Assembly: GCA_004431415.1 (NCBI GenBank) | Contig: QPMI01000182.1 | Coordinates: 62,001 to 126,000 of the forward strand | DNA length: 64,000 nucleotides | Direction of reading: 5' to 3' | From: Cyanophora paradoxa CCMP329 | Lineage: Eukaryota > Plantae > Glaucophyta | Shown: piece by piece, positions 1-11,700 of the stretch | How the letters are laid out: every line of letters starts with the position of its first letter | How positions within the stretch are numbered: the stretch's first letter is position 1 | Notes under the pieces: generated by a model | Told to the model about the DNA's origin: nothing | The model's input: the letters and a program-made list of their open reading frames with translations, nothing else | The model's database searches: none | Program-made: the position numbers and the translations under genes

Positions 1-2166
1 GACGGCTTCCCCCTCGCTCTTGCGGAGCGAGTTCCGAAGCGTGCGGAGACCGGGCCCCGTCGGTGGGGCGCTAAGGGATTTGCTGAGCCGCGGCCCCTGC
101 ACCCCGACGCGCTCTTCCCTCGCGGCCCCGCCTTGAGGCGGCAGCCCCGAGACGAGTACAACACGCGCCACTGGCGTTCCCCGGTCGACCCCTCGGATCG
201 GCCGGTGCCGGTCCATATCGAGTGGGAGCCGGAGGACCCCGAGGGCGAGCCGCCTCCCGGGCCTCCGCGCCGGCGCTCACTCTCCCCAGAGACTGCCCGC
301 CACCAGATCCGCGTCCGACCGGTCCCTCCGGACCCCAAGCCAGCGCCGCGGGCTCGGGGTCGACCCTCTGCCCACGGGCCGGCTTCCGACGACGCCGTCC
401 CGCTCGAGCCCGAGACGGTTGCCGCCGAGACCGCTGCCCCACAGCGGTGGGTAGAACTCGACCCTAGAGGTCGGGACGTTCGCCCGCCATGCAAGCCGGT
501 CTTCGTGGACACCGTCCTCGACGCGTGGGCCTGCGGACCCTCGCCAGCCGTCGACGGGGCGCTCCCCGACGCGCTGCGCCGTATGTTCCCCACCGAGAGG
601 CGCGAGCGTCTGCTCGCTGCTCAGAAGGAGGATTCCTTCTGCAAGAAGCTTCTCGCCTTCCACGCAGAGGGCGAGAACCCAACCGTCTGCACCCGCGGCT
701 TGAGGCGCGATGCAGACCCCTGCTCGCCCAGCTGCGCTCACTGCCTGCGGGCCAAGGAGCGCTTCGCACGCCTGGCCGGCGAGTTCAGCCTGGCCGACGA
801 CGGCGTCATCGAGCGCAACCCCTTGGTCCCTGCCGGCCGGTTCCTGCCCGTCTTGCCGGACGCCTGGATCGACAGGGTACTCTACGCCTATCACGAGGGC
901 TGGGCCCATCGAGGCGCGCCCGTGATAGCCCGTCGAGTCGCCCTGCGCTTCTGGTGGCCTGGCATGTACGCCTCCATCGCCCGCTTTGTGCGGTCGTGCC
1001 CGCACTGCCAGTTCGCGAAGGCTGCGAAGCCCCGCCGTACCGCCATTCAGGTGATACAGCCTTCGGGCAAAGGAGACCTATGGCAGGTGGATATCTTCCA
1101 CTTGGATATGCACGAAGACGGCTCGCGATACATCATCGCGTACGTCGACGCATACACCAAGTTCTGCTATATCTACCCGCTCTCCCGTATCTCCGGCGAG
1201 GCCTTGCTCGCCACCGCGATCGACTTCTATACGCACGAGGGCGTGCCCGCGCGCATCCTGACGGACCGCGGGTCCCAACTCGTTGGGGGCGCGTGGAACG
1301 CGTTCTTCAAGGAGAAGGGTACCCGGTTCGTGCACGCGGCCGCCTACCACCACGCCTCGAACGGCGGCGCCGAGCGCCTGGGCGGAGTCTACAAGACTCT
1401 CGCTTACGCCATGTGCCGTGAGCACAAGCGGCCGCTCTCTGACTGGCCTCTCTACAACGCCGATATCGTTCTCGCGTTGCGGACCACCGTGCACTCCGCC
1501 ACCGGGTTCTCCCCGATGGTCTTGCACCGCGGTTCTGAAGTGCACCTGCCCTGCGAAGTGCGCTTTGGAGCCGGCGTCCGCTTCGTGAACCCCGACCACA
1601 CGCACCCAGCCGACTACCTTCTCGCGATGACGCGAGCCGCCGCGAGCGCTGATGCCGCCTCGCGCGAGTACCGTCGGTTCTATCGGAACCGCATGGTTGC
1701 TCGCACCGGCAACCCGCCTCATCGTCGCCGCTTTGAGGTTGGCGACAAGGTATTGTGCTGGATGGGCGAACACAACAAAGGGCTGTACAATTCGTGGGTC
1801 GGGCCCTACACCGTGACTGGCGTTAACCCTGGCGGTTACACCTACACGGTCAAGGGATCGGCTAAGCCCTACTCCGCCAAGGACGACGCCCGTACCCGTC
1901 CCTTGCGCGAGACCGTTGCCCACATCGACTGCATGCTTCCGTTCCGCACGCGTCTCTCCGAGTCTCAAGCCCGCCCTCGCGTTGGTCGGCCTCGGAAGAC
2001 TGCTGCGAACGTTGACGAGCCGGCGATCGACCCCGCACCTGCGGATTCGCCCGCTCAAGAACAAAACCCACCTCTCGCCCCTGACGTCGACGCCGAGGGC
2101 CCCGAGCGGGCTGCCGAGGGCGACGAGGTTGAGATGGATGACGCCATTTTGGTCGACGACCTGTGA
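1..2166 (+). CDS. pol: Gypsy Pol C-terminus: RNase H-IN linker and integrase
   Basis: Frame open from base 1. HHCC zinc finger (YHEGWAHRG...CPHC), DDE core (WQVDIF, LTDRGSQ, NGGAER), GPY/F module (WVGPY). Confidence 0.95.
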   Translation, partial: DGFPLALAERVPKRAETGPRRWGAKGFAEPRPLHPDALFPRGPALRRQPRDEYNTRHWRSPVDPSDRPVPVHIEWEPEDPEGEPPPGPPRRRSLSPETARHQIRVRPVPPDPKPAPRARGRPSAHGPASDDAVPLEPETVAAETAAPQRWVELDPRGRDVRPPCKPVFVDTVLDAWACGPSPAVDGALPDALRRMFPTERRERLLAAQKEDSFCKKLLAFHAEGENPTVCTRGLRRDADPCSPSCAHCLRAKERFARLAGEFSLADDGVIERNPLVPAGRFLPVLPDAWIDRVLYAYHEGWAHRGAPVIARRVALRFWWPGMYASIARFVRSCPHCQFAKAAKPRRTAIQVIQPSGKGDLWQVDIFHLDMHEDGSRYIIAYVDAYTKFCYIYPLSRISGEALLATAIDFYTHEGVPARILTDRGSQLVGGAWNAFFKEKGTRFVHAAAYHHASNGGAERLGGVYKTLAYAMCREHKRPLSDWPLYNADIVLALRTTVHSATGFSPMVLHRGSEVHLPCEVRFGAGVRFVNPDHTHPADYLLAMTRAAASADAASREYRRFYRNRMVARTGNPPHRRRFEVGDKVLCWMGEHNKGLYNSWVGPYTVTGVNPGGYTYTVKGSAKPYSAKDDARTRPLRETVAHIDCMLPFRTRLSESQARPRVGRPRKTAANVDEPAIDPAPADSPAQEQNPPLAPDVDAEGPERAAEGDEVEMDDAILVDDL

Positions 2167-2877
2167 GATGCTTGTCCCATTGCCGTTCCCTTTGCGATCG
2201 CTGTGCTTGCGCCGTGGGGCAGATTTCTTTGCTCGCTTTGCCTCAGTCTTGGCCGAGGAACGGGTCGTTATTGGTCGGGCCACCGTCTTGTCGGGTGAGA
2301 CGATCAGTAGCGGGCGCCGTTCAGAGCCTTTCGTTCACTTTTCTGGAGCCTGGGCCCACGAGCTTGAAAAAGAGTGGTTGAGCGTGAGCTTTGCTGGCAC
2401 ATCTGGCCCCGAGAAGCAGGTGTTGTCGGGCGGTCCGCTCAAGCCGTGCCCTGCTCTTTCGTTGGGCCTGATGGGCGGCCCGGATACCTCCTCGTTGGTT
2501 TCTTCCCGAGGCGGTGAAACTTCCCATCCGTGCCACTCTCCTTCGGCTCTCGCCGTTGGAGCGAGTTTGGGCCAGCTTTTGGGGGGTTTTCCGAGTTTTT
2601 ATGCTTTTCCATCTTTCGAGCTTGGCCTGGGGTTGCCTAGGTACATGCACTATGCTGGTATCGGCTCCTATTTCGGTCGCGAGCTATGCTACCTGGCATA
2701 TCTGGTTGCTGATGACGGACGTTCTACTTCGAGAGGAGTTCACTTGCCGCCGCCCTGTCGCTGCCGCGGTCGGTGCACACCTCGGCGGTGGGGTGGACGC
2801 CCCCGTCGAGCATGCAGACTCGACGTTCGGCTTGGCGCGGTCCGGTGCGAGGGCGCACCGTATGCAGAGTGAGGAGT

Positions 2878-3133
2878 TGTCGCGTGCCGCGATTCCCTCG
2901 GATTAGGCTAGCCGGTTGTCTATGCGTAGCCGCTAGCCCTAGTCTAGTGCTATCGAGCAGCTAGCTCTAGCACTCTCTGTATTCTGACTTAGCGCCGGGC
3001 GCGACTCCGTTTGGGGGTACGCGATCCCTGGACGGGTACACTTGTGAATAGACCACTTGTGCTCCCAGCTACAGCCCCAGCCCGTGCGTGACCGCACGGA
3101 CGCTGCACCGGGTGGGAATCCTCTCATCCGACA
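2878..3133 (+). repeat. 3' LTR of element 1 (256 bp)
   Basis: Starts TGTCG directly after the PPT and ends CGACA. Its last ~25 nt (CGGGTGGGAATCCTC..ATCCGACA) are shared with the LTR at 62214-62496. Confidence 0.85.
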
Positions 3134-3159
3134 TTACTACCTACGGCCTAGGCTACGGG

Positions 3160-3510
3160 GGGTTCGCCCCACCGTATACGTAGTCTCTCAAAAACAAAAA
3201 CCGGAATTACTACTTATTTTGGGGTCTTAATTACTACCTGAATTACAGTAGATTTTTACCGATCGAAAAGCGCCGAAAAGTCGTCTTTCATCGATACTGG
3301 AGAGCTAGAAATGTTTAGTGGGCTGCATATTTATAGTACTAAAAGGTTTTGAGCGATGTACTAAATATTTTCCGCCTGCTAAAGCCGAGAATTTGTAGGG
3401 GTAGGCCCCTCTCCGGATCCGCCATACAAAACCCCTGCGAAGACTGATCTATTAAATATTCACCACCTGCTAAAGTGTTTTTTTTTGAGAGACTACGGTG
3501 GGGCGAACCC
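3160..3510. mobile_element. MITE-like element with ~30-bp terminal inverted repeats
   Basis: GGGTTCGCCCCACCGTA(tacgta)GTCTCTCAAAAA versus TTTTTGAGAGACTACGGTGGGGCGAACCC. AT-rich non-coding interior; no clear TSD. Confidence 0.6.
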
Positions 3511-4520
3511 TGCTAAAGTGGCGCCGGCAGTTTTGGCGAAGTACTAATTATTTTCCTGAACTAAATCAACTAGTTCTCCAGCATCCAACTGAAATTCGAA
3601 ACGACCGAATGGGCCCCTGTACTCGGTAGTAAGAGTCGGTACTCGGTAGTAAGAGTCGGTACTAATCCGCCGAGTCCGGGACTCCGGGCCCGGAGTTCGG
3701 GAGCCTGCGGGAGGACGTCGAGTCGTCGACCGGGCCCCGCCGCCGGGCCGCCGGGACTCGGACCGTGCCCGGCCGCCTACTAGGCGCCTAGTACTAGTAC
3801 TCGGACGTCGACTGTGACGACAGTGAGGGCAGTCGGACGAGTGCACGTGCACGTGCCACCGGTACCCGGCACCGGTAGTACTCCGGGCCCCGGCCCCCGG
3901 GGCCCGGGGCCGGGACTCCGGGGCCCGGGCCCCGTACACGTCCGACGTCTGGCGCCTCCCTCCGAGGCTCCGAGGGAGAGTCCTGGGAGACCCGCCTCCC
4001 AGAAGGCGGGGCTACTATACCGGTAGCCGGCGCCAGACGGGGCCCGGCCCGCCCAGCCCGGCCCGGCCAGCGGCTTCCACGCGCGACTCGCGCGACTCGC
4101 GGCGCGAGAGGGGGCCAGAGCTCCAGACTCCACAGAGCCGCCAGACCGGTACCCGGGTAACCCGGTGACCGTCGGACTCGGCGGCCCAGCTGCAGGCTTG
4201 ACACGGTCCTTCGAGTCTTGAACTTCGGAAGAAGGGACACGCGCGCCCTGATCATGACCGTCGGACGTGCGCGACGGTACTAGTATAATAGTATACGGAA
4301 CTAGTATATATTATATATCGATATCTAGATCTAGTAGTAGTACGGACCGTACGGTAGTACGTCTACTAGTAGACTACAAGCTATAGTGGGTGAGCGCGAG
4401 CGCGCATGCGTGCGCCTCGATGTGTGATGATTCATAATTAACTGCTGCAGCTGCTTGCTGCTAACTGCCGGCTGCGGACCGGACGCCAGTCCCTGATTTT
4501 CTGACGGTTTCGCTGTCATC

Positions 4521-7500
4521 ATGAGCTACTATGGTGCGCATGCGTCGACGGCGTACGCAAATCATGTAGATCAGCCCTGATTCGGATGCAGACCATAACT
4601 GTTACTCCGGCACGAAGTGCTCTGGAAGCTTTATCAAAACCATCACAACGCTGGGAAGTTCGTTCACCGCTAAAGCCGAGGCCCTCGCTGCCTGCAAGGC
4701 TGCTGGAGGTGCCTCCGTCTGGATGTTCAACCACTACCTCTGCGAGGAAACCGGCTTGATCGTGACTCCCGATCCGGTGACTCCGACGGCTACTACGCCG
4801 GCCTGGCAGAGCCACGTGGACACCATGAAGTGCGCGCGTGCACATGCCTTGCAATTGGTCCCTCGAGCGCGTTTGTGATTGCGATGGCAGGGCGGCCGGC
4901 TGGTCGAACGTCGCTCTGGGGGCATCGGCGTCCGCGTCCTCTGAACGTGCGTCGTTTCCAGTTTGGTCCCATCAGCGTTCGAAAACGATATTTTTGGACG
5001 ACTCAAGCTCCCTTTTCTGTCACCAGTCATCAATTCCGTTAATACTTACGGTGCTTCCAAAGTGAACGGTGCGCAGCGTACTGAGGCCATGCAAACTGCG
5101 AATATCCATTGAATATATATGAGCGCGCAGACGGTCAAGGAAAGGACGGAAACTTCGGCAGTGCGAGTCTCGGATTTCACACGGCAGTGGGCGACGCCAA
5201 GCCTGCCATTACGATCAACCTCGGCGTGAGTGCATGCTTCGATGATTGGCTCTAGACTCTTCTGCGGTCATTTTTAATCGTACAACTGAGCTGCAGAAAG
5301 ACTACACGGTTGGACAGATCGACGCGTACAACGTGCGCGATCCTTGTTTTGTTTCGCCCACTCCAACGGTCCTGTCTGACCCTTATCGATCATGTGCGCA
5401 GCGCACGGACTGTGCGTTTGAATTCTGCGTTGATATTAACGGATCTGTTCTAAACAAGCAATTGCAACTTGTTCAGGCTGCTCCGACCGTTTCAAGAACA
5501 TCGTTTACGAGGCACGCATCTGAACGTTGAGACTTGTTGCTTTCGGTCTCAATCTTACTTTCGCGCGCGCGGCCGTTCATAGGTTCTGGATGATGGCAAA
5601 GTGGTGCGAGGGTCCTATTGGGGCGCACATGCGAGTGGTGCACGTGTTCTGCCGCATACGCTGAGATTGAGCTCGGACGCTCGCAGGTCTACACCTCGGC
5701 CACGATCGCCAGCCCCACGTTCGACGCGACGGTGACAAACCTGAGCAAGCACGCGGTTTCGTCCGACATTGTCGGTACGCTTCATTTGACAATCGAGATT
5801 GATCTCAAAGCATGCATATGATCGACTCGACGGGGACATGTACAGGTGACTCCGTTCGGATCTCCATCGCCACCAATTCGACGGGCCGTGCGTGTGACTG
5901 TTTCGTTTTTGATTCTTAAAACAATTCTGAAACTCTGGCTTCAAAACATCAGAATACTTGAACCTTGCCGAGGTCGATGTCTGGGGAAAGCCTGTGTGCG
6001 TCAACGTTTCTTCGACTCGGCGAATTCGCCGAGTCGCGATCGTCCCATGCATTTGCATGGCTACATAATGCTCCGGATCCCCGTATTCGAAATTCTTGCA
6101 ATTGAGCAGTTGCACGCAGCCCGGTGTGGCAAGCCCACGTAAACGCCATGAAGTGCGGCAGCCTCAGACCCTCGCGCTCCCCGGGGCCCCAGCGCCCAAA
6201 AGCGCCGTGCACGTGATTGCAACTGCAGGGCCGCTGGTTGGTCGAACGTCGCTCTGGGGGCATCGGCGTCCGCGTCCTCTGAACGTGCGTCGTTTCCAGT
6301 TTGGTTCGAAAACGATATTCTTTACCGACTCGAGCTCCCTTTTCTGTCACCAGTCATCAATTCTGTTAATACTTACGGTGCTTCCAAAGTGAACGGTGCG
6401 CAGCGTACTGAGGCCATGCAAACTGCGAATATCCATTGAATATATATGAGCGCGCAGACGGTCAAGGAAAGGACGGAAACTTCGGCAGTGCGAGTCTCGG
6501 ATTTCACACGGCAGTGGGCGACGCCAAGCCTGCCATTACGATCAACCTCGGCGTGAGTGCATGCTTCGATGATTGGCTCTAGACTCTTCTGCGGTCATTT
6601 TTAATCGTACAACTGAGCTGCAGAAAGACTACACGGTTGGACAGATCGACGCGTACAACGTGCGCGATCCTTGTTTTGTTTCGCCCACTCCAACGGTCCT
6701 GTCTGACCCTTATCGATCATGTGCGCAGCGCACGGACTGTGCGTTTGAATTCTGCGTTGATATTAACGGATCCGGATCTGTTCTAAACAAGCAATTGCAA
6801 CTTGTTCAGGCTGCTCCGACCGTTTCAAGAACATCGTTTACGAGGCACGCATCTGAACGTTGAGACTTGCTGCTTTCGGTCTCGATCTTACTTTCGCGCG
6901 GCCGTTCATAGGTTCTGAATGATGGCAAAGTGGTGCGAGGGTCCTATTGGGGCGCACATGCGAGTGGTGCACGTGGTCTGCCGCATCCGCTGAGATTGAG
7001 CTCGGACGCTTGCAGGTCTACACCTCGGCCACGATCGCCAGCCCCACGTTCGACGCGACGGTGACAAACCTGAGCAAGCACGCGGTTTCGTCCGACATTG
7101 TCGGTACGCTTCATTTGACAATCGAGATTGATCTCAAAGCATGATCGACTCGACGGGGACATGTACAGGTGACTCCGTTCGGATCTCCATCGCCACCAAT
7201 TCGACGGGCCGTGCGTGTGACTGTTTCGTTTTTGATTCTTAAAACAATTCTGAAACTCTGGCTTCAAACCATCAGAATACTTGAACGTTGCCGAGGTCGA
7301 TGTCTGGGGAAAGCCTGCGTGCGTCGGCCCTCATTATTAAGACTGATTCTCTGCTGAATGGGCAAGATCTGACCAGGCAACGCGTACGGTTGAACGCAGT
7401 TCCGGATCCTCGACAACCACTAGTACTACCACCGTCCGCTTCGATTGCATTGGCACGGCGGTTGCTGGAACCTCGGACAAGTTTGCGATGGACTGTGAGC

Positions 7501-7871
7501 TTTCATTGCAATTGATTGTTTACAGTTGACGTATGCTCACCAATGGATACACGATCGCAGGCACCAAGGTTGCTCGGCTTGATGACACGGTCGCACTGGT
7601 CGATGAAGTCCAACTGGAGGTACACGATGCCACTGAGCACACTGATGTTTTCGCTCGCACGCTCTAAGCGCTGTTGTCGCCTCGCAGATCGCAAGTGCCG
7701 AGGAGGCCGATGACGAGGCTGATATCGACATCGCGGAAATTGAAGCCGAGATGGACGCAGATGCGGCGGTGCACGTGCGCTCGAGCTCCCTTTTCTGCAG
7801 CCAGATGATCACCAACTATTCTCCTGCAGATGATTGTCAATGTCGAGCTTGAGGGCATTGACGCTGCCTGA
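4521..7871 (+). CDS. Multi-exon protein with two tandem F-type lectin (fucolectin/discoidin-fold) domains and an acidic C-terminal tail
   Basis: Manual splicing gives NVALGASASASS...FHTAVGDAKPAITINLG|KDYTVGQIDAYN|RTDC|CSDRF...YLNLAEVDVWG twice, matching the F-type lectin H-x(~26)-RxD-x4-R signature. Ends ...VELEGIDAA*. Confidence 0.82.
4803..7323 (+). repeat. Near-identical tandem duplication, unit ~1.33 kb (about 4803-6000 and 6127-7323), exons and introns together
   Basis: Direct comparison: for example 4902 and 6240 begin the same sequence, and ORFs 5246.. and 6573.. are almost identical. Confidence 0.95.
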
Positions 7872-8711
7872 ACTGCCATCTTGGCTGAGCACTGGATATG
7901 CGGAATCTGTGAGCAGATGATCAATCTGTGGAACTTCTAGGGTTTTACACGCAGTGGTGCATTCGTCAGATAAGCCAGGGCCACTGTTGAACGTCAGATT
8001 CGTCAGATAAGCCAGGGCCATAATACAGGTTGATACGTATGCGGGCAGTAAGTGCACGTCACACGTGCACGTACGTACGGCGCCGGTGGTGTACCAATGC
8101 GACGTCCACTTTTGCAAAAAGAAGCGTACGTACGGCGCCGGCGTGTGGCCGGCGGCGCCGCCGCCGGCCTTACCGCCCGCGCCGCCGCCGCCGCCGCCCG
8201 CGGCACTGCGGCGGCAGCTGCAGCCGCAGAAGGCCCGCAGACAGGCCCGCAGTTGCTGAGCGAGCCTGCAGCTGAGTCAACACGCCGCACTGGCCCAGTG
8301 CACGTGGCTTGCTAGCAGTCGAGGTGGCCATGGCCCCGACGGCCCATGCATATGCATACAGCCATGCGCATGCAAGCCCAGTGATATCGATCTTGAGGCA
8401 GTATCCGCGATGGCCGCGGGGGATGCATATGCATGAGCGAGTCCGCGTGACGCAAAGGGTGGCGCATATATATAGCGCCAGAGCAAATCATGATCAGGCC
8501 CCCCCGGACCCGACCATCCAAGTGCAGAAGACCGGGACTAGCCTATATATAGCTAGTAGTAGGCTAGTACTAGCTATAGGCTAGTAGTAGAAGTATTGAT
8601 CGTAAATTTGAGCTCGCGCCCCACCTCTACCTGGGGTCCCCTCGAGCTCGCAGAGGTGCACGTGGGCCCTGAGGGGCTCAGTTGGGCCCTCGGGGGGGCT
8701 CAGGCGGGCCC

Positions 8712-11700
8712 TCACAGCTCGTAGAGGCTCCGTCGCGCGCTCGAGCGCGCCGCCCGGACGTGCGGCCGATCCCCCGCCCGCTGCGCGCTCGCGTTCAGAC
8801 CAGGGGCAAGGACAGACGGGGGCCGCGGGCCGCGGGAAACGAACCGCCGGGGAGGGGGTACCAGTGCTTCCTCCGTTGGGTGCGGGTGGGGGGCGGGGGC
8901 CGCCGCGGGCGCCGTGGTACGCGTTCTCGATGGCCTGCGCATGCGGGGAGTACGGGCTTCAGCGAGGGAGGGGGGGGGGGGGGGGGGGGGGGGGGCGACC
9001 TGCTCGAGGTTCATCACCATCTGCGCAGGTCGAAGGTCAGAGGGACGGAGGGGCGGGGGGGCGGGGGGGCGTGGAAGGCGGCGGGGAGACGGGGCGGACG
9101 AGGGTGGCGGCGTAGGCGTCGGCGGGGGTGAGCCCGAGGCTCGAGCGGCGGGAGCCGCGGCCCGAGCCCGCCGCGAAGCTCACGGCGGGAGGCGGCGGGG
9201 CGGGGGCGGGAGCCAGCCGCCGGCCTCGAGCTCGCTCAGGCGGCTCCCGGGGCGGCTCGGCGGCGCCGGCCCCGACGGGCTCTGTCCACGCGCGCCGCTC
9301 AGCAAGGAAGGCGGAGGGCTGAGGGAAGGGGCGGGAGCGACGCGGCGCACGGCGGCGGCGGCGGCGGCGGCGGCGCGGGCGGCGAGGGAGGCGGCGGCGG
9401 CGGCGGCCCGCGCCTCGCGCTCCGCCTCCTCCAGCTCCTGTACCCCCCGAGGCCCCGGCCCTCGGCGGGTTCCGGCGCGGCGCGGGGCGGGGTGGTAGAA
9501 GCGCGCACGGCGATGCGGCGGCGGGCGCGCTCGAGCTCGGCGCGCGCCCCCGCCGCCTCCTCCTGCGTGCGCCCCGCGGCCGTCAGCGTCAGGCCCGCGC
9601 CGCGCCGCCGCGCCGGCGGTCGCCGCGCACGCGGGCGGAGGCGAGCTTGTCGCGGGAGGTGGCGGCCCGGCGGGCGGCCGCGCGCGTCGCGTCCAGCTCC
9701 GCCCGCGCCGCCTCCAGCTCCCCCGCACCGCCGACGCCTGCGCATGCGGGCCGGGCGAGGCGCCCCCGGATCAAATCGAATCCGACTCTGAGGAACGGCG
9801 CGCGGGGATCAAATTCGAGCTCGACTCGCCTCGTCGAGGGCGCGCTGGGCGTCGCGCTGGTAGGCGGCCAGGTCGCCCCGCATCCGCTCCAGCCGCTTCG
9901 CGCCCCGCCGCCCCGCCTCCGCCTCCTGGGGCAGACATGTCAGGGGAGGGAGGGCAACAGAGGCCAAGAGGCGAGGAGGGGAAGGTGGGCGGGGCGGGCG
10001 GGCCCGGGCGAGCTCGGCCTCGGCGCGCTCCGCCCGCTCGCGCTCCGCCGCTACCGCCCGCCGGCTCTCCATCCGCGCCCGCTCCGCCGCCCCCTGCGCC
10101 GCCGCGGCACCCCTAAGCGGGAGCGGGGGCGAGGCGGGCGGGCAGGCGGGCGGGCGACAGCGGACTGTGCGGCGCGGGCGGCGGCGGCGGTGGCGTCGCA
10201 GCGGGCGCACTCCTCCGCGAGGCGCTCCGCCAGCGACAGCCGCGCCATCTCCCCCGCTGCCCCCGACCCGAAGCCCAAGTCAAGGCGGAAGGCAATACGA
10301 AGGTAATTATAACGAGGCGGGGCGAGCAGCGGCCGTGCGCGCGCGCGGACCGTGGTCGGCGAGGGCCGCCCGCTCGCGCTCGCTCTCCTCCTCCTCGCCG
10401 TTGAAGTTGGGCGGGGCGAGGGCGAGGGCGAGGGCGCCGGCGTCGGCCTCGGGCCCGGGGCGGCGCGGGGCCCTCGAGGAGCGCCGCCACCGCCTCCCCG
10501 TACCGCGCCTCCTGCGCCGCCGCCTGCCCCGCCTGTGAGGCCGGCGCAGGGAAGGCGGCAGGCGGGCGGGCCTCGAGGGCGCGGCGGCGGAGCTCGATGG
10601 ACTGCCGAGGAAGGGAGGGTGGGCGTGAGCGAGGCGAGCGAGCGAGGGGCGGGGCTCGGGGGGGCGCGCGGAGCGGCGCTCGGCGGCGAGGCGCTGGCGC
10701 AGGCCCTCCGCCTCCAGCCGCGCCTCCGCCAGCTGCACGCGCCCCGGCCCGCCCCGCCCCCTCGCGTGAGCCCGGCCGAGCGAGGCTCGAAGAGAGGCTC
10801 GAGGGAACGGGGCCCAAGGCTCGAGCCAGCCCGGCTGAACGCCTATTGAGGCCTCTGATCATGAGGAGGCGGGCGGGCCTGGGCGCGGGTCGCGTCGGCG
10901 TCGCGGGCGCGCGCCCGCAGCGCCTCCACCTGCACAGCGCCCGGGGGTAGAGCGGTGAGGGAAAAAGAAGCTCGAGTGACGTTCAAAAAGGGCTCGCCTC
11001 GGCGGTCAGGCGCTCCACCTCCCCCGCCTGCGGGGAGCGTCGACGGGTGCGGGGGGAGAGGGCGAGATGAGCGGGTACGACAGGCGGCGAAGGCGCGAAA
11101 TCGAAGGGCGGGGGCGGGGGCGGGCGGGGGGGCACCTTGAGGCGCAGGTCGGCGAGGGCGTCCTCGCGGCGCGCCGAGAGATCCTCCAGCGCCCCCTCGT
11201 ACTGGGGGACCGAGGGGGGTACGTGCACGGACCGGAGAAATAAACGGGGGGTACGCACGTGGGCCTGGATGCGGAGCCCGGCGCCCTCCTCCTCCCGCAG
11301 GCGCGCCTGGAGGGGTACCGGGTAAATGCGTGGGGTGGGCGGGGGACGGGCGGGGCGGGGCGCGGGGCGGCGGGGCGGGCCCGGAGGGCGGAGACGGCGG
11401 CGGCGGCGTCGTCCCGCGCCCGCTCCGCCTCCCGCAGCTGTCGTTTGCGGGTGGCCTGAGCGGCGGGCTGGCGAAGGGAGGAGGGCGGGGGAGGGGCGGG
11501 CCCGGAGCGCGAGGGCGTCGGCGGCGGTGCGGAGGCGGGAGCCGTCGAGCGCGAGGCGCGCGTTCGACTCCTGCGCGGCCCGCAGCGCCGCCTGCAGCCC
11601 CGCCGCCCGCCCCCGCGCGCGCTACGTGAGGCGGGTAGCTGCGCGGCCGCGCTTCGCCGCGCACGTCCGAGCCGGGCTCGGTCTCCTCATCGGCCACGCG

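Larger units (their letters stand above)
1..3133 (+). mobile_element. Ty3/Gypsy LTR retrotransposon, 3' part (element 1; truncated by window start)
   Basis: Integrase ORF, ~710-bp 3' UTR, polypurine tract AGAGTGAGGAGT (2866-2877), then an LTR bounded by TGTCG...CGACA. Confidence 0.92.

Noticed and set aside
2460-2530. Hammerhead (CTGATG..GAAAC) or HDV-like (ACC TCCTCG..GGT) ribozyme
   Set aside because: The core is CTGATGG, not CTGANGA; the HDV P1/P2 pairings cannot be built and the P3 GGT is not kept in element 3.
1916-2872. 318-aa ORF after the integrase as an env-like extra gene
   Set aside because: The homologous region in element 3 is frameshifted within its best-conserved block, so conservation is at nucleotide level.
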